A stretch of DNA of 15,580 nucleotides from Snowella sp. (GCA_035285545.1 JAYKGY010000010.1:1-15580); one strand, 5' to 3'; shown: positions 7,064 through 15,477, numbered from the stretch's first letter. Notes: generated by a model not told the origin, from the sequence alone. Made by a program: numbers and translations.

Positions 7064-10000
7064 ATGTCCATCCTCATTAAGCCTTGTCTGGAAACGAACA
7101 AAGCTATTCAAGCTGTAATTGAACTGTTGCGGAAGAAGGGGCTACCTCCCTTACCAGTCGCACCTGCTCAAGATCCTTATCAATATCCTAAAAAAAATAA
7201 AAATGGAGAAATTGAATATGAAAAAGACGGTATTACTCCAAAACGTTTATTTACTGGCAAAAATCCTAGTTATCTTGACAAAAATGGCAAGCCTCATTTG
7301 ATCAGCCACAGTAATTATCGAGAAGAATTACCAACCAACGAAGAAATAGAACAATGGTTTACGAACCCTCAGAATGGAATAGGAACTTTAGGGGGTTGGG
7401 ATAATGTTTACTGGATCGACATAGATGCAAAACATTTTGACAATCAAGAAGCTTGCGACCTTGCATTCCAGACATTGTTAGAAGATTATCCAACACTTTG
7501 CGGTGCTTGGTTAGAACGAACCCACAGTGGGGGATACAGAATTGGTATTCGGATAACTAACCCGCCTAACTTTACCAATTTTAAGCTAAAACCAGATAGT
7601 GGGCATGTTGGAGAAATACTAGGAAAAGGGCGTTTTACGGTGTTAGCTCCAACCATAGGCCCCTCTGGGAATCCTTATCAAAATCTTAATTGTCCTGACT
7701 CAATACCGACAATTGACATCATTGATTTTCTCCACCCAAGTAAAAAGACATCAGACGTAAAACAAAGTCGGCAAACAAAAAAAGAGGTAATAGGGGAAGG
7801 AGTGAAATTATTTGATTGCATAACTGATAAATCTAGAGATATTCTGAGCGGGAAAGATATATATGAAGATCGAAGCGAATCGCTAACCGCTTTTATTAAA
7901 GATTGCTGGGGTTGGCAAAACTTTTTAAACAGCAATGGAATCAATTTTAGCGATGATGCTGAACGTTTAATTTACGAATGCGGCTTAAGTTTAGGTATTG
8001 ACGAGGCTCGAATTGAGCGTATTGTCAAAGGTATTGATGCCGAAAGCTGTAAACCATCGTGCCAATTAGCAGGAGAGCATTTAAGTTCTTGGAAGCGACT
8101 TTACAAGCTTGACAGGACTCAGGTTCCAGAACACATCAAAAGACAATTAAAATCTGCATGGGAAACAAACAAAAATAACCAAGATAATGACGATATTCCT
8201 CATAATCACTGGAAAACATTAGAAGAGCATAATTTTGAACTTGGAGAGTTTAAGGCTACAAAACAGTTTTTTGTTAATGAACAAGACGCTGATGATTACG
8301 TTGCCGAAAGCCCTAATCTCATTAAACGTCGAGGCTATGACGAACAACAAAACAGGAAAGTTTTTGGTTGGAGAATTTGGGAATTTGAGCCTAAAGCTGA
8401 CTTTATCTTTCATGTTGAACGAGTTATACAGTCCCAAGAGGGTGGAGGCTGTGTTTTACGAGTTGGGCGTAATATTAACGGCAAATTAAATACTCAAAGA
8501 GTGTTTGTTAATGATGTCGATACCCATAAAGCTGTGGATTTTAAAGCCGCAATGTCTAGAGGCTTGGGAACACCTGTTTCCTCAACATTAAACATTAGTG
8601 AAATTCAAAATTATTTAAAAGCCAAAAAAAACGAATGCTACCTAAAAGGAGGCAAAGTTTTTCGCCTCGCTGATCGTATTGGTCAACAGGCTGACGGAAC
8701 TTGGGTCTTTAAAAATTGCCAGTTCACCATCGATGGTCAGTTGACAGATGAATCCAAAACACTTTGGGTTTACAACGACAGACTCAGTGTTGATGAATTT
8801 ATTCCCAGCCCAACTATCTGCGAACCCGATTCCGATACCTTACCGCGATTAATTGATGCTCTTAGACGTTTTTCAGGTTCAAGTCTACCTCAATGTTTAT
8901 TAACTCTAGGATATGGAGCAGCGATCGCGCACTTTCAAACGATCATCAAAACGGAAGGCTGTTTTCCTATCCTCAATCTTTATGGCGACCCAGGAGGACT
9001 CAAAAGCATTGCAGCCGAATCAGCCCTAAGCCTGTTTGGACTAACCAAAGAAGGGGCTTTAAGCTCTAGTAGCGAATCGGCATTATATGAACGATTAAAG
9101 CTCTCAGGAAGCCTACCTATCGTTTTTGATGATCCGCAACGGGATAATAAACATTTTTCGTTAGATGAGGTACTAAAGCGACTTTACAATGCTAAGCCGC
9201 GAGTTGTCAGAAAAAACAGTCAAGAGCCACATAGCGGTGTCATTGTCACAACCAATCATGCTTGTGGTGAAAACAGTCCAGCAACTCAATCCAGACTGAT
9301 CCAACTTCATTTCCCCGTCTTAAAAGACGGTAACAAAAGTGCTTGGACAGATGTAACCAAAGCCCAACAATCGGCTTCAGCAGCATTACAGGACATTATC
9401 CGACTTGGTTATCCAAAAGCCACGATTGATGGATTAGAGAATGAATTTGTCCAATATTTGCCATTTGCTCATGCTCGGATCGCTAAGAGTTTTGCCATCT
9501 TAGCTTTTTATACTGATGAAATTGCTAAATTAGGACGCATCAAGTTTGAGGCTAAACAATGGATTATCGACAATTTATGTCCTATTGAAAACGACCCTGA
9601 ACACAATAAAGCCTCATTAACCGACCTCATCGAGAAAATCCACATTTTACTTTCGCGCTCTGAACTGGGAGAGTGGAACGTTAGAAATGTTTGTCACAAT
9701 GGACACTCTTATACCGCGATCGTTCTCAATGATGTTTGGGCCTCAATTGAACGACATTTTTCGCCACCCTATAACTTGAAAACCATTACATCACTTATTC
9801 AACAAGACTTTGGAAATACACGTTCAGTCCAAAAGTTCTACCGAGACAAAGATACTACTTTAAGCTACAACCGATTACTCTTAAGTGGGGCAGCAGAAAA
9901 ACAACCAGACTGGGTAACCAAGCGTTGTGTTCTGATACCAAACATCAGTTTGGATATTGGAGCCACAGGAGGTGGAGAAGATATAAACCAGTGTAACCAT

Positions 10001-10510
10001 GACGGTGAGAAGGTTTCAGGTGATAATAATTCTTTTAGTTACACAAGCAATAAAAGTGTAAACCAAGATGTAAACCAGTATGATCCTTCGAGTGAAGAGG
10101 TCTCAGATAGTCAGTTTACACAGTTTACACAGTTACATAAATATAATGTAGAGAAAGAAGCCAAGCTGCACCCACAAGTGGTCTCATCAGAACTAGTTCA
10201 TCACGGACTTGATGAACTAGCAAATGCTTTTGATGAAACTACTGTAAACGGTGTAAACCAGAGTACGGAATGCTTATGGGATAAGGATTACGACGGTTTA
10301 CATTCTGGTCACAAGTCAGCTACAAAAAATGTAACTGTAGACCAGGCTGGAGAATTTAAGGTTGGCGACACGGTTCAACACTTCACATGGGGAACAGGAA
10401 AGATTGAGGCTGTAGACCCCGAAAAGGGGATCTATGCTCAGTGGAGCGTTAATGGCAATAAAAATTGGTCACACCCAATGTCAGTAGTTTTAGTTAAAGG
10501 AGTTGCATGA
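7064..10510 (+). CDS. Replication protein: bifunctional primase-polymerase (Prim-Pol, AEP) fused to an SF3/DUF927-like helicase ATPase
   Basis: GKNP, QWFTNPQNGIG, WIDID, THSGG and GRFTVLAPT are Prim-Pol motifs. NLYGDPGGLKS (Walker A variant), PIVFDD (Walker B), VIVTTN (motif C) and SRL (Arg finger) mark the helicase. GAGGAG RBS. Confidence 0.88.
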   Translation: MSILIKPCLETNKAIQAVIELLRKKGLPPLPVAPAQDPYQYPKKNKNGEIEYEKDGITPKRLFTGKNPSYLDKNGKPHLISHSNYREELPTNEEIEQWFTNPQNGIGTLGGWDNVYWIDIDAKHFDNQEACDLAFQTLLEDYPTLCGAWLERTHSGGYRIGIRITNPPNFTNFKLKPDSGHVGEILGKGRFTVLAPTIGPSGNPYQNLNCPDSIPTIDIIDFLHPSKKTSDVKQSRQTKKEVIGEGVKLFDCITDKSRDILSGKDIYEDRSESLTAFIKDCWGWQNFLNSNGINFSDDAERLIYECGLSLGIDEARIERIVKGIDAESCKPSCQLAGEHLSSWKRLYKLDRTQVPEHIKRQLKSAWETNKNNQDNDDIPHNHWKTLEEHNFELGEFKATKQFFVNEQDADDYVAESPNLIKRRGYDEQQNRKVFGWRIWEFEPKADFIFHVERVIQSQEGGGCVLRVGRNINGKLNTQRVFVNDVDTHKAVDFKAAMSRGLGTPVSSTLNISEIQNYLKAKKNECYLKGGKVFRLADRIGQQADGTWVFKNCQFTIDGQLTDESKTLWVYNDRLSVDEFIPSPTICEPDSDTLPRLIDALRRFSGSSLPQCLLTLGYGAAIAHFQTIIKTEGCFPILNLYGDPGGLKSIAAESALSLFGLTKEGALSSSSESALYERLKLSGSLPIVFDDPQRDNKHFSLDEVLKRLYNAKPRVVRKNSQEPHSGVIVTTNHACGENSPATQSRLIQLHFPVLKDGNKSAWTDVTKAQQSASAALQDIIRLGYPKATIDGLENEFVQYLPFAHARIAKSFAILAFYTDEIAKLGRIKFEAKQWIIDNLCPIENDPEHNKASLTDLIEKIHILLSRSELGEWNVRNVCHNGHSYTAIVLNDVWASIERHFSPPYNLKTITSLIQQDFGNTRSVQKFYRDKDTTLSYNRLLLSGAAEKQPDWVTKRCVLIPNISLDIGATGGGEDINQCNHDGEKVSGDNNSFSYTSNKSVNQDVNQYDPSSEEVSDSQFTQFTQLHKYNVEKEAKLHPQVVSSELVHHGLDELANAFDETTVNGVNQSTECLWDKDYDGLHSGHKSATKNVTVDQAGEFKVGDTVQHFTWGTGKIEAVDPEKGIYAQWSVNGNKNWSHPMSVVLVKGVA
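9982..10345. repeat. Cluster of TGTAAAC-type direct and inverted repeats plus an 11-bp perfect hairpin; probable replication origin inside the rep gene
   Basis: GTGTAAACCA 10056, ATGTAAACCAG 10068, CAGTTTACA x2 at 10112-10129, TGTAAACGG/TGTAAACCAG 10243-10261, GGTTTACA 10295, plus near-matches. CTAGTTCATCA/TGATGAACTAG at 10193-10220. Confidence 0.65.
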
Positions 10511-10530
10511 GGGATAGTCAACTTATCCCT
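10510..10530 (+). terminator. Possible terminator-like hairpin after the rep gene
   Basis: AGGGATA-gtcaact-TATCCCT at the stop codon; U-tract is weak. Confidence 0.3.
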
Positions 10531-10800
10531 TGTATGATGTGTCTTTGATTGAGGTTATATGGGCTAAAAACAAGATAGGAGTAAAAATTACTATGTTATA
10601 TCGGTTTATTCCTCGTTGTGTTCTTTAACTTGAGAAATTTGAAAAAACTTCTGTGGTTTTACATAAGAAGGGATCTGAGTAGTTGGTTCATCTAATTGTC
10701 GGATAAGGCTTAGTTTTAGCAACAAGAAAAATGAGCATTAAGGCTAAAAGTCTTGCTATACATAGCTTCTAGATATCATTTTAATTGGATATTGATAATC

Positions 10801-10840
10801 TTAAACTGTCCCATCTTCGGCCATTTATGGGACAGTTTAA
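10801..10840. repeat. 14-bp perfect inverted repeat with a 12-bp spacer
   Basis: TTAAACTGTCCCAT-cttcggccattt-ATGGGACAGTTTAA; a further half-site ATGGGACAGTTT at 10991-11002. Confidence 0.8.
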
Positions 10841-10870
10841 AATCCAATTAACGAGTTTTTGGCTTTTCAA

Positions 10871-10957
10871 TAGCAGTCCTAAACCAGTTATAAATATCGA
10901 TCCACCCTGGGCAAGGGTTTCGAGCCTCTCAACAACACGAATCATTTAGGATTGCTA
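10871..10957. mobile_element. 87-bp MITE/REP-like element, copy 1
   Basis: Terminal inverted repeats TAGCAGTCCTAAA...TTTAGGATTGCTA; differs from copy 2 at 3 positions. Confidence 0.8.
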
Positions 10958-11056
10958 AAGGTTCTAGTGCTGAATTGCCGAATATTGTAAATGGGACAGT
11001 TTTCCTCAGTCTCTTGCTAAAAGACCAAAATTTTTCCGCTGCTAAAACTAAGCCCA

Positions 11057-11155
11057 ATAGAATGGTTTGAAATAGAAAATGGAAAGATCAAACGCCGTTG
11101 GGGTGCCAAAGAGGTTGCATCGCAAGCACGTCAACTTGGTATTTCGCTGCTGTAG
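11057..11155 (+). pseudogene. 3' fragment of a SnoaL-like ester cyclase family gene
   Basis: IEWFEIENGKIKRRWGAKEVASQARQLGISLL* resembles the C-terminus of ester cyclase proteins (recalled, not searched). It begins right after the inverted repeat ending at 11054. Confidence 0.55.
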
Positions 11156-11243
11156 CTTAGTTACTGCTGATTGAGGTGACTCTTAATGACGAGATCTTAA
11201 TGACGAGACAGTAATAACGTTTGACGTGCGAGGTCTTGAAGAA

Positions 11244-12968
11244 TTACTCCCAATAATCGGATAATCGCGTCGGGTTACGATTAGCAAAAGCTTCGATCGC
11301 GCCGTGGAGAGTAGGGTAAATTTTTTCCGCACCTATCGCGTCGATAATCCCCGCTTTTCGTAATTGTAAATAGAGATCTTGTTTCACCCGCGCCATAGCG
11401 AGGGTAATACCGCGGGCGATTAATTCGCGATGAAGATCCTTCAACATATCCACGGCAGTTATATCGATCTCCAAAACCGCATCAGCGTTGAGGACGAACC
11501 ATTCGACGGGGATTTTCTCGGCCTCGATTGCCTTGATCGCTCGTTTTCTAAAATTCTCCGCGTTAGCGAAACAGAGCGGCGCGTCGTAGCGGTAGAGAAC
11601 TAATCCGGGGATTGTTGTCGCACCTGACCAATCCTCGATATCGTGCAACCCCGCGAGATTCGGAACTTTCCCTAAAACCGCGTCGTGCGGTCGCATCAGC
11701 CGCGTGAACAGATCGATCACGGATAGTCCCACAGCAACACCTACCCCCACGAGTATATCGGTAGCTAGCACGCCGAACATGGTGACAATTGCCAATCGGA
11801 ACTCACTCGTTTTGAAACGACGCAGACGCTTGAACTCCGAAATCTCGATCAGACGAAGCGCAGCGTAAATCACGATCGCTCCCAAGGCCGCTTTTGGGAA
11901 AAGAGAAAGCAGGGGTCGCAAGAACAGAAGTACCAAAATAACGAGGATAAAAGCCACAAGGGAAAAGACCTGTGATCGACTTCCGAGAGAATCCCCGATC
12001 GCCGTGCGGCTTCCACTACTACTGACAGGAAATCCTTGCATCATCCCGTTACCGATATTTACTGCTCCTAGCGCAAGTAATTCCTGATTTGCATCAATAC
12101 GATAGTTATTTTTCGCACCGAACGCCCGTGCGGTTAAGACGTTATCGGAGTAGCCAACAAGCGCGATGCCGATAGCTGAGGAGAGTAAATAGACGATTTG
12201 CTGGGGAGAAAAACCACTCGGTAGTTTTAAACTCGGTAATCCCGCAGGAATTTCCCCGATCACGGCGATACCCTGAGCGTTTAGATGGAACAGATACACT
12301 GCCAATGTCGCCAGTAAAACCGCAAGTAAAGGGCCGGGCACGTTGGGAAAGCGACGTTGCACTACTAACAAGAAGATTAAAACACTGACAGCGAGAACCA
12401 AGGTTAGCAAGTGAATATCGGATAAACGCCCGACAAATTCGCCAATCTGTCCAAAAAGTGATTCCGCTTCTAGCGACATCCCGCTAATTTTTCCTAACTG
12501 GCCGACAATCATGATGACTGCTACTCCTGCCATGTACCCGACGAGGATCGGTTTGGAGAGAAGATCGGCGAGAAACCCCAACCGGGCAAAAGCACCAACG
12601 AAACAGACAATCCCTACGAGTAGCGCGAGTAGGCTACACGAACTCGCATAGTTATCACCATTTCCTCTCAAGAGCGGCGAGATAGCAGCCGCGGTCATGA
12701 CAGCCGTAGTCGATTCTGGCCCGACGGAGAGTTGCGGTGAGGAACCGAGCAGGGCGTAAATTAACATGGGAGGCAGGATCGCCCATAATCCAGCGATCGG
12801 TTGTACCCCAGCCAGTTCCGCGTAGGCCATACACTGCGGAATCAGATAGGCTGCCACGGTGATCCCTGCGATAGTATCTCTCCGCAACCACGCGGATTGA
12901 TATGAGCGCAGACACTTTAACCCTGGTAGCGAAAATTGCTCGGTAGAAAAATTTAATCGAGTGGCCAT
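11244..12968 (-). CDS. SulP/SLC26 family inorganic anion transporter with STAS domain
   Basis: DTIAGITVAAYLIPQCMAYA, GSSPQLSVGP, LSKPILVGYMAG, DANQELLALG, SSGSRT and STAS APLCFANA...IDITAV; 574 aa. Confidence 0.96.
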   Translation of the reverse strand: MATRLNFSTEQFSLPGLKCLRSYQSAWLRRDTIAGITVAAYLIPQCMAYAELAGVQPIAGLWAILPPMLIYALLGSSPQLSVGPESTTAVMTAAAISPLLRGNGDNYASSCSLLALLVGIVCFVGAFARLGFLADLLSKPILVGYMAGVAVIMIVGQLGKISGMSLEAESLFGQIGEFVGRLSDIHLLTLVLAVSVLIFLLVVQRRFPNVPGPLLAVLLATLAVYLFHLNAQGIAVIGEIPAGLPSLKLPSGFSPQQIVYLLSSAIGIALVGYSDNVLTARAFGAKNNYRIDANQELLALGAVNIGNGMMQGFPVSSSGSRTAIGDSLGSRSQVFSLVAFILVILVLLFLRPLLSLFPKAALGAIVIYAALRLIEISEFKRLRRFKTSEFRLAIVTMFGVLATDILVGVGVAVGLSVIDLFTRLMRPHDAVLGKVPNLAGLHDIEDWSGATTIPGLVLYRYDAPLCFANAENFRKRAIKAIEAEKIPVEWFVLNADAVLEIDITAVDMLKDLHRELIARGITLAMARVKQDLYLQLRKAGIIDAIGAEKIYPTLHGAIEAFANRNPTRLSDYWE

Positions 12969-13129
12969 CTAAACTTCTCCAAAAGCGATCAAGATTGAAT
13001 AGATACGTGAGGTGAGCTAAAACTAAGCTAAAACCCAATTTTCAATATCAAGGGAGCAAAAGACTGGCGATTACATTAATACTAAACAGTATGAGCCAAA
13101 AACTTACATTTAAAGTGTGGTAATGAAAA

Positions 13130-13339
13130 TTACCAAATTCTTTTTGGGTTATCCAATGAAACCATCTCGACTTCGATGAAGCAATGACCATTGGCTGCTA
13201 ATTCTTCTGCTTTCACAAAAATATCTTGTTCGATGATATAGTCGAATGCTTTATTTAAAACCTTAGCCCTTACTGTGTAAGGATTGTAGATTTTATATTT
13301 CCTAAATCCTAAGCTATTTCCTAAATTATTTGCCCTCAC
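13130..13339 (-). CDS. Hypothetical protein, possibly a 3' gene remnant cut by the MITE at 13351
   Basis: 69-aa ORF with GTG start and no evident RBS; the frame stays open up to the MITE boundary. Confidence 0.3.
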   Translation of the reverse strand: MRANNLGNSLGFRKYKIYNPYTVRAKVLNKAFDYIIEQDIFVKAEELAANGHCFIEVEMVSLDNPKRIW

Positions 13340-13350
13340 GAATGAATCTA

Positions 13351-13437
13351 TAGCAGTCCTAAACCAGTTGTAAATATCGATCCACTCTGGGCAAGAGTTT
13401 CGAGCCTCTCAACAACACGAATCATTTAGGATTGCTA
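13351..13437. mobile_element. 87-bp MITE/REP-like element, copy 2, flanked by TA on both sides
   Basis: TA-TAGCAGTCCTAAACC...GAATCATTTAGGATTGCTA-TA; direct repeat of 10871-10957. Confidence 0.82.
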
Positions 13438-13494
13438 TATTTTAAATTTTTACACTCATGTCTCAATCCTTGAATGTGAAAAAATATTTAAGGA

Positions 13495-14592
13495 TTAAGC
13501 AGTAGGTTTGTTAGAAATTTTTGTTTCATTGTTGTTGCTTTCTTCTGGTTGCATTCCTAGTTCTTCATGCAAAATCTCCAAGTATTCTTCTTGAGCTTTT
13601 ATTTCCTCGTCTGAAAGTGGACTAAATTCTGACTTTTGAACATTTTGAGGATCAATATTTTTATTCTCAATTTCAACGTCGGTAAGCAAGCTGTCTATTT
13701 TTTGGAGTAACCCTTCTACTTTCTTCCATATTTTTTTGTCTTTTTCCCAGAGTTTTGATTGATTCAGGCGACGAGTAAGATTCTGGAGTTGATTTTTTGG
13801 AGAACTATCATCAAATGGTGTTTTGAGGGCAGCAATTTTCTCTTTAATTTGGGAAAGAGATAGACGATTCTCAATAGTGTCTTTTAAAAGTTCTTGCCTT
13901 TGAGTTTCTTCTTTGACTTTGGCGATCGCTTTAGCCTTAGTATATTCAATTTGCCCTTGGCGAAGAGCTTCAAGAATATCACCGGGGAGCTTGAGTAATG
14001 GTAATCTGTGGGTTCTAAAGGACTCAGTAGATAGCCTACCAATTGATTGGAATACAGCGTCAATAATCTGTATTTGATCATTACGGACAACGTTGTCCGT
14101 AAAACCTCTTTTCGCATTTGCCCGTTGATTGAGTAAGCTAATCACCTCTTCCGTATCTATGTTGCACTTAAGGGCCAATAACTGAAGAATACTTTCTGTT
14201 TCTTCTACAGGATTAAGATCCTCTCGTTGAAGATTTTCTGTAAGGGCATATTGGCTGGCTTCAATATCGGTCATTTCTTTAGAGATTGCTGGAATGTCAT
14301 TTAATCCAATCTCTAAAGCAGCACGATAGCGTCGTTCTCCCGCTACGATTTCATATTTACCTTTTAAAGGGCGAACTAAAATCGGTTGTAAAACCCCGTT
14401 TTCTTTAATCGACCCTATTAACGATTCCATTGCTTGAGGATCAAAATAGCGTCGGGGCTGATGTTTGGATACAACAATTTTATTTAATGGGATTGTAGCG
14501 GTTGCAATGTCAGAATCATCCTGAGAAAACAGGGCTAAGTTTTTTAAAGTAGCACGATTTTGAAGTGATTCGCTCGTTTTTTTCTGGGACAT
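13495..14592 (-). CDS. parB: ParB/RepB/Spo0J family partition protein
   Basis: QPRRYFD, GVLQPILVRP, YEIVAGERRYRAA and ENLQREDLNPVEE motifs; 365 aa. Confidence 0.96.
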   Translation of the reverse strand: MSQKKTSESLQNRATLKNLALFSQDDSDIATATIPLNKIVVSKHQPRRYFDPQAMESLIGSIKENGVLQPILVRPLKGKYEIVAGERRYRAALEIGLNDIPAISKEMTDIEASQYALTENLQREDLNPVEETESILQLLALKCNIDTEEVISLLNQRANAKRGFTDNVVRNDQIQIIDAVFQSIGRLSTESFRTHRLPLLKLPGDILEALRQGQIEYTKAKAIAKVKEETQRQELLKDTIENRLSLSQIKEKIAALKTPFDDSSPKNQLQNLTRRLNQSKLWEKDKKIWKKVEGLLQKIDSLLTDVEIENKNIDPQNVQKSEFSPLSDEEIKAQEEYLEILHEELGMQPEESNNNETKISNKPTA

Positions 14593-14636
14593 AAAAGCTA
14601 GAGAGAAATTTTACTTAATGATATAGTCAATATTTT

Positions 14637-15410
14637 TCACGCTAATTGTTCCATCGAGATCGCCAGATTTTCAAAAAGTTGCAAACTAATTGAATGCTTA
14701 TTAGGGCAGAGAGCTAAAGGTTTTCCATAGGCCGAGGCTTCAGCGATCGCAGTGGCACGAGGAATGGGGGGGAAGACAGGCGCGATTTGAGTTAATTGTT
14801 CTTGTAAGGATTCAAGAGTCCGTTTATCTAAAGAATTACTGACAGAGAACATTGTCGGTAAAAACCCTGCAAATTTTAAATGGGGATTTAGACGCTTGCG
14901 AACTCTGGCAACAGTACTAAGGAGAGAATCGGTTCCTTTTAAGGCTTTAAACTGGCATTGTATGGGGACTAAAACGTAATTAGCAGCAACTAAACTAATT
15001 TGACTAAGAATTCCCAATGAGGGAGGACAATCTATCAAAATAAAGTCGTACTCGGTTTGGAGAGGGGCTAAAACTTGTTGAAGCCGAAGTTCTCGTAATT
15101 CTGCAAAAATAAGTTCTTGTTCAGCGTTTGCTAGTAGGATATTGGCAGGAATTAAATCCATACCATAAAGATCTTTATGAATCGGGATATTCTCTGATTC
15201 TGTATCATTAGAAGGAACTAAGACATCATAAAGCGTTCGATCTAAGTCCGCAGGTTCTAAGCCAATAAAGTTAGTTAAGGAAGCTTGAGGATCAATATCG
15301 ATTAAAAGAATCCGATGGTGGCGTAGAGAAAGATGATAGCCTAAGTTCAAAGTCGTGGTAGATTTGGCAACCCCGCCAGCTTGATTAAATAGAGCAATAA
15401 TTTTGGTCAT
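14637..15410 (-). CDS. parA: ParA/Soj family partition ATPase
   Basis: IALFNQAGGVAKSTT (cyanobacterial plasmid variant of Walker A), IDIDPQASLT and IDCPPSLG; 257 aa. Confidence 0.96.
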   Translation of the reverse strand: MTKIIALFNQAGGVAKSTTTLNLGYHLSLRHHRILLIDIDPQASLTNFIGLEPADLDRTLYDVLVPSNDTESENIPIHKDLYGMDLIPANILLANAEQELIFAELRELRLQQVLAPLQTEYDFILIDCPPSLGILSQISLVAANYVLVPIQCQFKALKGTDSLLSTVARVRKRLNPHLKFAGFLPTMFSVSNSLDKRTLESLQEQLTQIAPVFPPIPRATAIAEASAYGKPLALCPNKHSISLQLFENLAISMEQLA

Positions 15411-15454
15411 GGGGTACTCAGCTTATGCAGATTTCTAAGAGCATAGTAAACGAC

Positions 15455-15477
15455 TATAGCAATCCTAAACCAGTTGT
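15455..15477. repeat. Left end of a third element of the same MITE family; right end not in the window
   Basis: TATAGCAATCCTAAACCAGTTGT matches the first about 23 nt of copy 2 with one mismatch, then diverges. Confidence 0.65.

Larger units (their letters stand above)
10707..11054. mobile_element. 348-bp non-coding segment bounded by 15-bp perfect inverted repeats (MITE-like remnant or recombination locus)
   Basis: GGCTTAGTTTTAGCA (10707-10721) and TGCTAAAACTAAGCC (11040-11054), each followed inward by GAAAAAT. The right end abuts a truncated gene. No target duplication seen. Confidence 0.5.

Noticed and set aside
10593..10628. 11-codon ORF MLYRFIPRCVL after an AGGAG
   Set aside because: Too short, RBS spacing is long, and there is no other support.
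9982..11060. CRISPR array
   Set aside because: Repeats are short or inverted and irregularly spaced; there is no repeat-spacer periodicity and no cas gene.
11244..12968. Naming the transporter bicA
   Set aside because: SulP substrate specificity cannot be inferred by eye, so it is left at family level.
1130..14117. Short overlapping ORFs (1130-1426, 1173-1442, 2556-2804, 2659-2862, 3180-3428, 3974-4306, 6614-6847, 6702-6914, 6917-7111, 7119-7301, 7678-7944, 8219-8437, 8235-8489, 12655-13038, 13884-14117)
   Set aside because: Shadow frames of well-supported genes, with no recognisable motifs.
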